A stretch of DNA of 57,649 nt, counting the filler, from Squatina squatina (taxonomy: Eukaryota), in NCBI GenBank assembly GCA_031763465.1. It is 3 parts of 3 records of this genome, joined end to end, with 100 filler letters (N's around TTAATTAATTAA, not from the genome) between each part and the next. Parts side by side here need not be neighbours in the genome. Positions count along the whole stretch, not along the records: positions 20,503 to 41,303 come from JARFOE010000004.1; 2 more parts are not named here. One strand, written 5' to 3'. Of this stretch, positions 23,622-35,319 are shown one piece after another. The translations under genes were made by a program, and so were the position numbers. The notes beneath the pieces were generated by a model. The model made no database searches and was not told where the DNA came from. It saw only the letters and a program-made list of their open reading frames with translations. Position 1 is the stretch's first letter. Each line of letters opens with the position of its first letter.

Positions 23622-24289
23622 TGGGGGGGAGAAATTGGAGTCATTTCCACCTCCCGTTAGCTCCCCCCGGGGGGGGTGCAAATGGGGCACAAACGACTCT
23701 GTAACCGGGTGCAGCGCCGCTAACGACTCCCGCTAGCGATGACACTATGGCATTGTGCCCTGATCTCCTGAGCCCGGATATTGTGATGTTATTGCCATGC
23801 GCAGCAGCCCGTTAGCGTACCAGATCCTAAATTGGGTAACACCTACTGAAGTTGCGTTGAGCGATGACAGCGACAGCTTCAGGGGGCGCGTGCCGGGTGG
23901 CCGGCTGCTCATCAAAAAATTGCAGGTTTTTTTTTTCGCCACCGCTGCTGTTTTGGGCGCGGGGTCCATGCTGCGATCGCTCAGCCCGGCACTCTGCTGG
24001 AGTCACCCCCGCTCCCCAGTGGTCCAGATAGGCCCTTTTTATTCTGCAGAGTATGCAGCTTGGGGCCTTCCCTTTCATTCAGGGAAGAGCCCCCTCCTCT
24101 GCAGCAGCACTACGCAGCCCAGTGGACAGCACTGCTGAGCCGTGCGCCCCCGCTCCTGCCCCAGAAAGGAAGTGGGGTGCTTGATTTCAGGGGCAGTAAG
24201 CCCAACTTATTGTGAGAGTCGAGACTTCTGCGCCTGGTGCAAACTCTAGCGCCATGTGACTGTTACCGCCCCGACCGAATTTCTCGGCC
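23622..24289. mobile_element. Non-autonomous GC-rich TIR element
   Basis: Starts GGGGGGGAGAAATT and ends GAATTTCTCGGCC. Its right end is the reverse complement of the left end of the 54328 element. Confidence 0.6.
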
Positions 24290-25399
24290 AAATTTGTGTT
24301 TTACTTCTTTCTAATTGGTCATTTTCCAGATTAGTTATTCACCAATCAGATTGTACAAAACCTTTCTTCCCAACTACAGTGTTTTTTCCTATTACCTTCC
24401 AGCCAAAGAAAGCCTACGAGATACAGATGCCAGTATAGTTCCTCACCCACTCCACTGTATACCCTCTGAACTTGATGCCCTGAAATTTCAGGAATCTCAC
24501 TCTGCCAGTGGAATCCTCGGATGCCCACGATGATGGGCCCGTTCCAAAATGTATTATTGCGGTCATTTGCAATGTCGGGCGGGAGGCTTTGTTGAGACGG
24601 ATACCCTGTTTGAGCTAGAGAGAAGGTGCAATCCTGTTGGGAGTGGCGATTCCAGGTGTCCAGGAAGTGGAAAATTGCTTTCAGCACCTTGCAAATCCAC
24701 CTTATAAAACAGTATAAGATCACCATGTGCAATTTCCTGGGAGAGCCATGAGTATATGTAAAAAATCTCGTGTTTGGACTTTTCACAAGCCCTATCTGAA
24801 GCTATTTGAAATCTGTAGAGGCAGTGAAACCTTGTGGGAGATGAACTTTGATAAAACTGGTTTTGTTATTGTTCATTGTCAAATTGAAATAATGAGGTTT
24901 GACTGTACTTAATTATCTGCTGTACGATCCTAATATATCCTTTTGATATATATGCTCGTGTTTTTTTCCAGCTGCACACAGGTAAACATTCTTCTTGCAG
25001 AATCTGGATTGTTCACCAGAGTTTCAAAGGTCTGTCCTCATGTGGCTGAGTAATGAGCCGAAGTGTTTAATAATTGAGCAATAATGAATAACTGTCTGCA
25101 CCGTATCAGAAGATTGAGTGCAGGAGATTTGTTGTCAACAAATGGTGTAACAAGTGAGTTTTAATAATACAAAGCCATTCTACATCCATATAAAACCATA
25201 CCTGTCTGCCCCTAACTCCTTACTGGCTGGAGGAGGCAATGTCTCCTCTCTCTGGCCCCTCAGCCAGCAATTAGCCTGCTGTCATAAATTCACAGATACC
25301 GTTTGAGGCACTTTATTTGTTAATCTGGCCATTTGCAGTTTTCACAGTTCAACGTCTAGATTCAAAAGATTTTTAGCAGCAAGTTTGTTATCATTGCTG

Positions 25400-25970
25400 G
25401 CTCACTGCAGGCTGTGATTGGTTGATGTCCGTCTTTTTCAACTATTTATCCACTTCACTTTTAAAAGCTGCTATGGATTCTGTGTACACCATTCTTTCTG
25501 GTAGATCATTCCCTATCCTGACAATCCCCTGCATATAAAGATGATAATGATCTTAAATATATGCCCCATAGTTATTGACTCATTAACCAATGGAAATAGC
25601 CTTTCCCTTATTAAAACCTCCATAATCGTAAACATCTGATATCCTCCTAACCGACTTTGTTCTAATGGAACCTTCAATTTCTCTGGTCTGTCATCACCAG
25701 TATAATTTTAGTGAATCTCTTCAGCGCCCTCTCCGTGGCCTTGACATCTTTCCTAAAGTATGGCACGCAAAATAGGGCCAAATATTCTAACTGAGGCCGA
25801 ACCAATGATTTGATATAGGTTTAGCAATACCTCTTCACTTTTGTACTCTATGCCACTAGTTATAAAATCTAGGATCCCATATACTTTTTACAACTTGTCC
25901 TACTTTTAAAGCTTTGTGTATCTGAACCTCTAAGTCTCTTTGCTCTTCTACTCCTTTTAAAGTTTTATCA
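25400..25970 (-). mobile_element. Old degenerate CR1 LINE fragment
   Basis: Contains AAATATTCTAACTGAGGCCGAACCAATGATTT..TATAGG and TTTTGTACTCTATGCCACTAG, the reverse complement of CR1 ORF2 (LYKSLVRPQLEY; RGIEYK). Confidence 0.6.
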
Positions 25971-26456
25971 TTTAGGGGTAACAGTTGATCTCTGAAATTG
26001 TGAAAAATCGGCGCAAACATGGCGCTAAGGCCTTTGCGCCCGCTGGCAGCGCGATGGACACCAGCTGTGGAATTGGTGTCCCAATTTTTTTAAGTTAAAG
26101 CTTTTTTTGGGCGTTTACTACTGGAGGCACAATTATCAGCAGCACACAGTGATTGTGACTTCATGCGCGCGCCGAGTTTCTTCCATGTTTAAGCGAATTG
26201 GTCAGCACCCTCGATGTAAAAGGGGGACGCTGGGACCGCCCTGAAACCGTGGCGCTGCCCTGCCGGTTGCAGGCAGTGCACCCCTATATAAAGTGCGTTT
26301 CATGGGCGTCATTTTAATTTTGGACATTTTTGGATGTTTGACCCGAAACTGACATTNNNNNNNNNNNNNNNNNNNNNNNNNNNNNNNNNNNNNNNNNNNN
26401 NNNNNNNNNNNNNNNNNNNNNNNNNNNNNNNNNNNNNNNNNNNNNNNNNNNNNNNN

Positions 26457-26579
26457 AAGGATATGGCAGTTGCTGCAAGAGATGCTACGACTGGACAACT
26501 GGAGACTATAAAGATCAAATATGAGGAAACCATTGTGGCTCGGAAGAAGGCAGAAGATGAAATTGAAGTTTTCCGTCCA
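26457..26579 (+). CDS. Intermediate filament protein (type III-like, probably ngs/notochord granular surface-like), coil 1B exon, 5' end in gap
   Basis: KDMAVAARDATTGQLETIKIKYEETIVARKKAEDEIEVFRP|gtaaat; phase-0 donor at the position equivalent to vimentin ...FRQ|DVD. Confidence 0.85.
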
Positions 26580-27022
26580 GTAAATAAACTGCTTGCTACC
26601 TATCTTCCTATCTGTCTATTAGTCTATGCTCTATAATATTTATCTCATGTTTGTATGCCTAACTGCCTCCTTCACTGTTTGTTTATCTTTTTACTTCCAA
26701 AAAGGCACAGTATTAAAATATCTACAACTCAATCTGTAATTAATAAGTTTATAGGAAACATTGGGGTGAATTTCTGAGAGGCTTCCTCCACTCGCCAGCC
26801 ATAACCTCAGTTGAAGGTCTGTGAAAACACTGTTTATGCTATTTTTCTGGGGTTTCCATGGATCTTCCATTGAAGTTACAGCGGATGAATAGGATAATCT
26901 CATGGAAGTTCATCCCTATTGTATTACATAACTTAAGGTCTACATACATACTGTTAGATAATCTTCCTTCATTAATTTCTTTTATATCTATCAGCAAGTA
27001 ACAGGATTTATAATTATTTTAG

Positions 27023-27118
27023 GATGTTGATGCTGCCACAGCAGCCTGTATGGACCTTGAAAAGCAGATGGAAAATCTTGAAGTTGAACTAGAATTCTTA
27101 CAGAGAGTACACAAAGAG
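27023..27118 (+). CDS. Intermediate filament gene, 96-nt exon
   Basis: tttag|GAT GTT GAT...AAA GAG|gtat; DVDAATAACMDLEKQMENLEVELEFLQRVHKE. Same size and motif as the type III IF exon [32 protein letters not shown]. Confidence 0.9.
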
Positions 27119-27334
27119 GTATAGTTTCATATTCAACATAACATATAGTCCGATTTAGAAGTTACACATTCATGCCAGTTTTATGAGTTCTAGTTATAAG
27201 GGAGGAAGAACCTAATAGGCAAATACAAAACTATAGATGAGTTATATAGAGGCGAGTATGTATAATAATAATATTGGTCAGTTCAACTGTTTCAGTTCTC
27301 CAACAACATCATATAGAATAGATACAGAAAGAAT

Positions 27335-28101
27335 GCTCGGAATATTACCAGCGTTGCAAGTGCGAGTTTGGAGGCGGGTCCACTGTCAAAAAGGCAGTGA
27401 TTGACAGCGGGACAGAAGTTTGCTCTGGACCCGCCTCCATGTCAGTTTCTCAAGTGCCGACTCTGCCAACGGTTTGCAGATGCGGCACTAAGCAATGGGT
27501 CAGGCAATTGAGATATTTAGAAGCTGCTTAAAGGTATTTAAGCAGCATTTTACAATGCCCTAAAGATCTTTCCAAGTTTTTTACTAGGTCCCCAGCACTC
27601 GGGATCACATCTGGTAAGTATGTCAGGTTCTCAATGATTCTCCATTGCTGTGAATAGTTGCCAGCTGCACAAGTGGTATAAAAGCTACCATTTCACAACT
27701 GTTCAATTCCCAATCTTAGAAGCTGGAGCCTTCAGGATTTAGAATACACTTTTCAAGTTTATGGAGGTTTGAAGTGTTTGCAATGAACTATCTATCCAAT
27801 ATCACCTACTTGGAGCAAACTCTCACACCATTCAGAGAATGCTTCTGCCATCTCAACTTCAGCTGTCATCTATTTGAGCAGCATCGGTGCCATTGAAAAA
27901 AATCTCACCTTGGTCCTCAGAGCCCAACCACGATCAGTCCCAACACCAACATCACTAGACACAACAGCACCTACAACAACAACACCAAACTTCTCCGCAA
28001 CCACCTGATGCTGCACAGGACACAGGGCATCCGACCACAGAGGGATGGGTGGAAGTGCAAGATAAGTTGGTGTGAGAAAGGTAGTGCAGTAGTGTAGGGA
28101 A
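27335..28101. mobile_element. Deleted Harbinger-family copy within the IF intron
   Basis: 28038-28101 (GAGGGATGGGTGGAAGTGCAAGATAAGTTGGTGTGAG...) matches 21733-21797 of the Myb-bearing element. Left end has a GGAATATT terminus-like motif. Confidence 0.5.
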
Positions 28102-29769
28102 NNNNNNNNNNNNNNNNNNNNNNNNNNNNNNNNNNNNNNNNNNNNNNNNNNNNNNNNNNNNNNNNNNNNNNNNNNNNNNNNNNNNNNNNNNNNNNNNNNN
28201 NCAGTCCTTCATCACATTGCTATATGTGGGATCTTCCTGTGTTCATATTGGCCTAAACAAGAACAGGTACTGTACCTCCTAATAATTCATTGTATGTTTC
28301 ATAGGGACTGTATATATGCAAGTCTTCTACTTTATTTTGCTTTTTATAATTAAAAGTCAGACAGCCTTTTTATATTGCCATGTTTTTTCTTCTAATTGAA
28401 AAGAGCTGATTTTAAAAAATTCATCTCTTCTCAATCAAAAGCAATACAGTGACGGTGCAAGATAGGGGACTGGTAAATTCTCTGAACATGTGTTTAAATG
28501 TGGATGAGTAGAGCTTTATCACCTGTTTCCTGCAGAGCACTATAAGCAGCCATTAGAATGGAATATCTTCTGAGTACATTACTACACAAGTGGTCCTGGT
28601 AATGTATTGATACTGCCAATATAATGGATGCATTACCTGGGTTAGAGTCATGTGTGGAATCGGCATACTGCACAGCTGGAGTACATCTGTGCTGTTCTTT
28701 GGTTGAAGGTGATGCACATCTGCAACAGCTAGATTATATGTTTGAACTGGAAGAGCTTGATGCTGTAACTGAGTCAAAGTTATAAGAAGTTCTTATACAA
28801 TGCCCCTCATCATGATGGAGGCAGACACCAAAATGTAAAAAACATAAAGGCATAGCATGTCAAAAGGAAATTGGATTTAGCTATAAGTCAACCATATTTA
28901 CTTGCACAGCATTTAACACAAATAATGCTACAGCTTTAATAAATCCATGTTTATATGGACAGTTAAGTGCTCATGCCCCAATAATTTCCTTGCTATATAG
29001 CTCTCCTCAAAAAACGATATTTGTTTCTTAAGTAAACGATTGAAACGTAAAATAAAACTCAACAAAGAAAGAAACATTATTAATAATTTTGTAAATGAAA
29101 TTTAAGAAATGAGGAGAACTGCTACGTGTGAGGAAAGAAACAACCTCTGTCCATTTCAATCCTCCACAGTTAGGCTGAAGAAACATTGTCAGGGCAGTCT
29201 GAGGAGAGCTATAACTTGGAATCAATCGCTTTCCATACCTGACCAAGATGTTGTTTTATACCATCAGGAGGTGCAAAGTGGAAAATGTTCCATTCTGCAG
29301 CACTATCATCCCTGACCTTGAGGAACACAATAAACCATCTGGTTCTATTCATGCGAATACAGTTACTTGTCAGGCTACTGACAGAGAGTTTGAATATATC
29401 TTTGTGTGCATTTGTTCGATGAACGCTCAAGGTCTGTCGAGGTGGTGTGCCATGCTATTGTGTATGCTGAAAGACTGTGGGTAAAAATGAAATAAAATTG
29501 TGAAAACAGTTTTTGACAAAAAAAGCAATAGAATATCTTTTTGATGAGGAAATGCTGCCAGGTGACAGGCTGCTCATCGCTTTGGTGTGGTGTAATGCTT
29601 ACATTAGGCTATTTTCTTGTTTGTAACTAGAAATTGCCATGAAATGTATGGTCACTAATTTTGACAAAAAATTATGCCAGAATCTTCAGTGATTAATAAA
29701 TTCATATTGCTTTGTTTACCTTTATTTACAAACTATCCTTGATTATATTTACTTATATGTTTCTCCTAG

Positions 29770-29821
29770 GAAATGGATGAATGGTATAAGACCAAATTTG
29801 TTGATCTGAATCAAACATCCA
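29770..29821 (+). CDS. Intermediate filament gene, coil 2 exon start (truncated by gap)
   Basis: cctag|GAA ATG GAT GAA TGG TAT AAG ACC AAA TTT = EMDEWYKTKFVDLNQTS, equivalent to vimentin EAEEWYKSKFADL. Confidence 0.88.
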
Positions 29822-29921
29822 NNNNNNNNNNNNNNNNNNNNNNNNNNNNNNNNNNNNNNNNNNNNNNNNNNNNNNNNNNNNNNNNNNNNNNNNNNNNNNN
29901 NNNNNNNNNNNNNNNNNNNNN

Positions 29922-30385
29922 CCGGAGTGAAGAGGAGACTGTTGGGGCCAGGGAACTGGAAACTGTTAAAGTGGTGGAGGGCATCAGAGGAGTCGCAGAT
30001 GTAGGTGGGAAGAGACTGGTCAAGGGGAGAAAAATATTCGAGATAGGAAGAGATCAGTTCCATGGGGCAAGAACAGGCTGAAACGATGGGTCTACCAGGG
30101 CAGTCCTGTTTGTGGATCTTGGGAAGCAGGTAGAAGCGGGCTGTGCAGGGTTGGGGAACTATGTGGTTGATGGCCGTGGAGGGAAATTCTCCAGAGGTGA
30201 TGAGGTTGACAGTCTTGAAGCTTGATGTTTGGTAGTGGGGCCATGGTCAGGGGAGGTAGGAAGAAGTATCAGAGAGCTGGTGTTCAGCCTCCGTAAGGTA
30301 GAAGTCGGTTCGCCAAACAACAATCGCGCCACCCTTGTCAGCAGGTTTAATAACAATGTTGTGATTGGATCTGAGAGAACAGGAT
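29922..30385 (-). mobile_element. Penelope-like retroelement reverse-transcriptase fragment (frameshifted)
   Basis: Minus strand gives IVIKPADKGGAIVVWRTDFY..EAEHQLSDTSSY and LLPKIHK...ELISSYL..F.PL.QSLPTYI.DSSDAL, typical PLE RT motifs. Confidence 0.85.
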
Positions 30386-31235
30386 TGTCATGTTGAGCAA
30401 TTTATGTCAATCTATTCCTCTGTGTTCATTTAAATAAATACATAAACCCATTGTTTATATTGGTGCTTTACAAATCCTTAAAACTAACGCAGAGAAGAAA
30501 ATATATAGGTTTGCTCATATTTGATAGTTGCAATTTCTTTATAGTGGGGACAATTTTAACCCTACCCGCCCAATGGAAAGCGGGTGGGTCGGCAGTTAAA
30601 ATCACTCTGGTTACATACTAAATCAGATGGAAATATCAGGAGATGTCCATTAACCTGCTCTACTGAGCAGGCGACAAGTACATCTGTCCAAAGTTGGCTG
30701 GGTCTATTTTTACATATGCATATCATGTCCCGATGATGTCATAAGGACATGACTGTAACTTTAATTGGACGGCCTGAGCAGGAAGCTACAGCCAAGTGAA
30801 GACTGCAGGGAAGCGGATCGGGGCCAGAGAAAGCCCAAACAGGTCATTTTTTTTTTAACTTGCAGGGCCTGTCATTATGTGCCCTTGCCCGTTTTTCCTC
30901 TACCTAATGCCCAGAAAATGGGTGGACATGCGGCATTAAGCTGAGGAAAATCGGTTCCATTTTTTTCTGACATTGTGAAGTACCACAATAAGTTAAGAGG
31001 TATTGCCTTCAGCTGGACATCAATGAATTATAAAAAGTATACACATAATGTTGCTTCACAACCCTTATTTCCACTTGGATACTATGGGGACAGATTTTCC
31101 GCTTCCCGAACCTGGGTGTATTGGATCATCTGGGCACAGCGCATAGAGATGGCACACCCACAAGGGAGTCCGCCTGATTTTCTGTCCACTTCACTGTGAA
31201 ACTGCTAATGCTGTAACCTTTTCTTTTAATCTTAG

Positions 31236-31323
31236 AACAGTTAAAACAGATGAAGACATGTTGCAAAAAGACACACAGGAGAGAACCATCACAATCTCTG
31301 GTGCTGCAGATTATAGCGATTGA
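31236..31323 (+). CDS. Probable terminal exon of the intermediate filament gene
   Basis: Pyrimidine tract + cttag|A ACA GTT AAA ACA GAT...GAT TGA; TVKTDEDMLQKDTQERTITISGAADYSD*. Resembles in phase and position the type III tail exon (IK|TVETRDG...). Confidence 0.7.
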
Positions 31324-31964
31324 AGAATAAGAATCTTGGAAACAATGCTGATGGTCAAACAGATTTTAAAAATGCTGCAAACATTTAAGTTATAATGCTT
31401 TGAGTCCCTTAACCAATGTGCCATTTTAAAATTTAAATTGCCCAGAATGCTGTGGCGAGACTCTGTGATGCTGCTTCTTTAAAGAAATAAAATTACAGGC
31501 ATTACATCATGTGGGAGTCGTCATGTCTGCTGTATCAAGCACTGCAGTTACTTAAACCAAATTCTGTTGCATTTTATGATAATTTTATGAAACTTTATGT
31601 GAACATTCAAAAGCACTAAAAATCAAAAAATATTTTCCTCTAACCATGAATACCTTTCGTATATGTAGCAACTTGTTGGCCATATTACACTCATCAGTTC
31701 CCAATGCTTTCCAAGCTTAGCACCACCTCCTTAGAAGCTTGCACAGGACAACCTCCTGCAAACTCCTTCTATGCACAGCACTTGTATGCTGCACTTTTCT
31801 ATCTTTACAATACCTAAGGAGAGCACCCTGTCACATGGGGAACTAAATAAAGACATGTCACTAATTTCAAATAAGAAATCCATGCCCATGCTTTTGTAGT
31901 AGAAGATAGCACATAACAAAGACAAGAGGAAGACTACTCAAGGAGGCATGACCACGTAATGAGA

Positions 31965-32317
31965 CTAATGGCAAGATAATCTGTTTCACTGATGTTGATT
32001 GAGGGACAACTGTTGGCCACGACACTGGGAGAACTTCCTTGCTGTTCTTCAAAAATTGCCAAGGGGCCTTTTGCATCCACCTGAGAGGGCAGGCAGGACC
32101 TCGGTTTAAAATCTCATTTGAAAGGCAGCACCTCTCAATGTGCAGCACTGCTTGGGGACATTTTAAACTAACTCGCCTGGTGGGAAACTGACCGGATTGG
32201 ATCAGCTGCCCAATTTACATCCCGTCCAATTTCCATTGACTTCAGCAGTGGGTTAGGTTAAAATTACCCCCAAGGTGTCGATCTTAATTACATACTCAAG
32301 TTTCTGGACTGGGACTT
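31965..32317 (-). mobile_element. Deu-domain SINE interrupted by a MITE
   Basis: TGATGTTGATTGAGGGACAA...CATCCACCTGAGAGGGCAGGCAGGACCTCGGTTTAAAATCTCAT..GAAAGGCAGCACCTC is a reversed Deu domain. The SINE resumes after 32271 toward a B-box-like GGGACTT. Confidence 0.65.
32154..32271. mobile_element. 118-bp MITE
   Basis: Imperfect TIRs GGGGACATTTTAA / TTAAAATTACCCCC. Confidence 0.6.
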
Positions 32318-35211
32318 NNNNNNNNNNNNNNNNNNNNNNNNNNNNNNNNNNNNNNNNNNNNNNNNNNNNNNNNNNNNNNNNNNNNNNNNNNNNNNNNNNN
32401 NNNNNNNNNNNNNNNNNCGTGCAATCTGCATCAAACTACTGAAGGGTTTACATTGTCGACGTGCGAATCAACTATTATAATAGATGTCTAATAATGCACG
32501 AAAACAGATATGCAATTAAGATAAAATGCAAAAAATAACTATAGCAGACACCAAATGCATACCTGATCCGCGCATAATTCTGATTCAAGCATGGAATTCT
32601 GAAGTACCAAACCACTTCCCATTCACTCATCTTGTATAGAGTTCCTGATCCAAGCATAATTGTTAAATACAAAATCCTTATCCAAGCATAAAATTTCCTC
32701 CAATTATCCAATAGGTTATGCTCAGCGCACTGAAAATGGTCAATCCGCCGCCAAATTTCACCCGCAGCCAGCAGGACATTTCAGAAATGTAATTCCTTCC
32801 GTGTAAAATTTAGTTTTTTTGTTGAGCGATTTGTTGATTCTCTTTGGGTTAAATTGTTGAATGCATTATTAAAAGGGTGGTAGTACAAAGCTTTGACAAT
32901 GTACTATTTTTTGACTGCAGTTTATGGAAATCCTAGCCCAAGCATAACATTTCTTGGCAAACTATTATGCCTTTATTAGGATTCAGTTGTAGTGTAATGA
33001 ATAACGTGTCCAGTAGCCATGCATATACAATAATTACCCATACAGTCATACATAAATTCCCTACGTGTAGTAGTGCCTAGTCCTGCTTGCAATGTTCACA
33101 CTGCTAATTTTGCCAATTATCTTAAACGCGTGGAATGAATTTATCTTAACTAGTTGGTTAATTAGTTGTGAACTATTTTTAATACACAATGCAAAATCCA
33201 TATTATGTGCAATCTACATCAATATATAGTTGTCAGCAGTGCATGAAAAATAGCACTAATTTAAAATGTCCGAAAAAATCTCAGGCAAGACAATGCCTCT
33301 CTAAATTCACTCCAAGTATTTTGAAGCTCCTTGCATTTACAGTACAACGCTACAAAGCACATTGTCCATATAGAGTTAACAAGTCAACTGGATTTGCTCC
33401 TTTGAAGGAGGTAGCACAAGCTAATTAGCTAGCTTGTCTTTCATCATGAGAGACATGAAATTGTTGGCCTCTTGCTGCTGAGCCAGTGCCATGATCCAAG
33501 TGACAGCATGGGACAAAGTAAGGATATGGAATTCAAGCAATGTACTCACCATCTGCTGTTCTTAAGTGCACGGACAGGCACGGAGGTTAGTGAAGGATAT
33601 TCAAACCCTGCTTCACACTCAAGTTACGTGATGTAAAGCCCAGTTGATCAACTAATTTGATACCAGTTACAATTAGGAGCGTGTACTAGTTAGAATCCTG
33701 AATGGCTTCTGCATATAAACAGCTGACATTNNNNNNNNNNNNNNNNNNNNNNNNNNNNNNNNNNNNNNNNNNNNNNNNNNNNNNNNNNNNNNNNNNNNNN
33801 NNNNNNNNNNNNNNNNNNNNNNNNNNNNNNACCTTCCTGCATGTTGCTGTAGTTTGTGGACACGTGAGATGATCAAAGAATACGCCAAACCAGATCCAAT
33901 AATTAACTAAAGTAAATAAGAATTGCATCTCATTGCACTGTATTATAGATCAAATAAAGGTATTAGCCATCGCAGACATCTGATTATACAATGTGGTCTC
34001 AACACACAAATAGAATAAAAATCTATGCCAAACTTCGCAGTTTTCTAAGTTGCTTTCTGGCAGAACCACCAGGCCCCATTTTATGGCGCTTGTGTGTCAC
34101 TCAAGTTGCGGGGCATAATCAGGTTGTTTATTGGTCTACAGCGTACTGACATTTAAAAGGCTGCGGTCGCTTTTGTTCGTCTTCTCAGACATGTGCTACT
34201 CAAAGCAAAGCTCTGAAAGCAAGTCGTTCGGTTCTGAGCAGTTTTGCAAACTCTGTAAACTTTGTAGATAGCAATAACATAAAACAGTTCATGTCTCCAT
34301 CCCGTTGGTTCCTTCAAAAACTACATCAATCAATATCTCGAACGGAGGAAAATCTAGTTATTTTTTCAAACGTCCTTCCTAACCATTTCAAGCAAATTTT
34401 GTAAATCTCCATATTTTAAAGAAAGGCTCATGGATTAATTTGGCAGTATCTTAATTTCTAAGGCGAGTATATTGAAATAATTACGCTGATATGCTTTTCG
34501 CGTGCTATTTTGGCTATATAGAGTTACAATGGAAGCCAGAAAAACGCTGCGTGTCTTTTATTGAAAAGGTGGTTTTATTTTTGATTTTCCCATAGAGTTG
34601 AAAAACGGCCTAGGTATGCCAACAAATAAGCCTTAGACTGTATTGTAAGCAGCTATGTTATTCAGAAGGATGGCTGGAAATTGGCTGGTTACTGATCTTG
34701 TCGTGTTATACAATGAAACCTGAGAATTTCCTGAACTGCATGTTTCAGTGACTCACTGTGTAAACTCACTGAGCAAACCAGGGCAGCATCAGAAGTAGGA
34801 TTTCTCAAAACTTAGTCAAGTTTCCTGCAATTACCAAAACACAATGTAAATGTAATTTCATTGTGATTGCCCTTTTAATATTATTGTAAGTTAGCTTTTG
34901 TGCAAACTTGGCTGGAACATAAATAAATAGCTAAAGTGGGAGAAAACCTCTATGTAAAATGTGCAGCCAAGTGCTGTAGCATGTGGCAATTGCATTTGGC
35001 ATTACTTACTTTGTCAGTTGCTGATTGAGATATGCTGTTTGATGGATACTTGACACATTATCGAATTACAGTGGGGTAAATCTTTAGCCACTGAGCTCGT
35101 ACAGGGAATATTCCACTCTGAATCAAGGCATACAGATAATTACAAAAAGAGAGCTTCCAAGTAGAGACACAGACAAATATGCAGACCTGGGCCAGTCACT
35201 GAGAGGAACAC

Positions 35212-35319
35212 CGGAACAGGAATAAGCCAATTCAACCCCTCAAGCCTGTTCTGCCATTCAATTAGATCATGACTGATCTTTATCAACTCCATTTGATCCA
35301 TCTCTCGATACCCTTACTT
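35212..35319 (-). mobile_element. CR1 3' end fragment
   Basis: GGAACAGGAATAAGCCAATTCAACCCCTCAAGCCTGTTCTGCCATTCAATTAGATCATG, reverse complement of the tail at 50780-50840. Confidence 0.7.
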
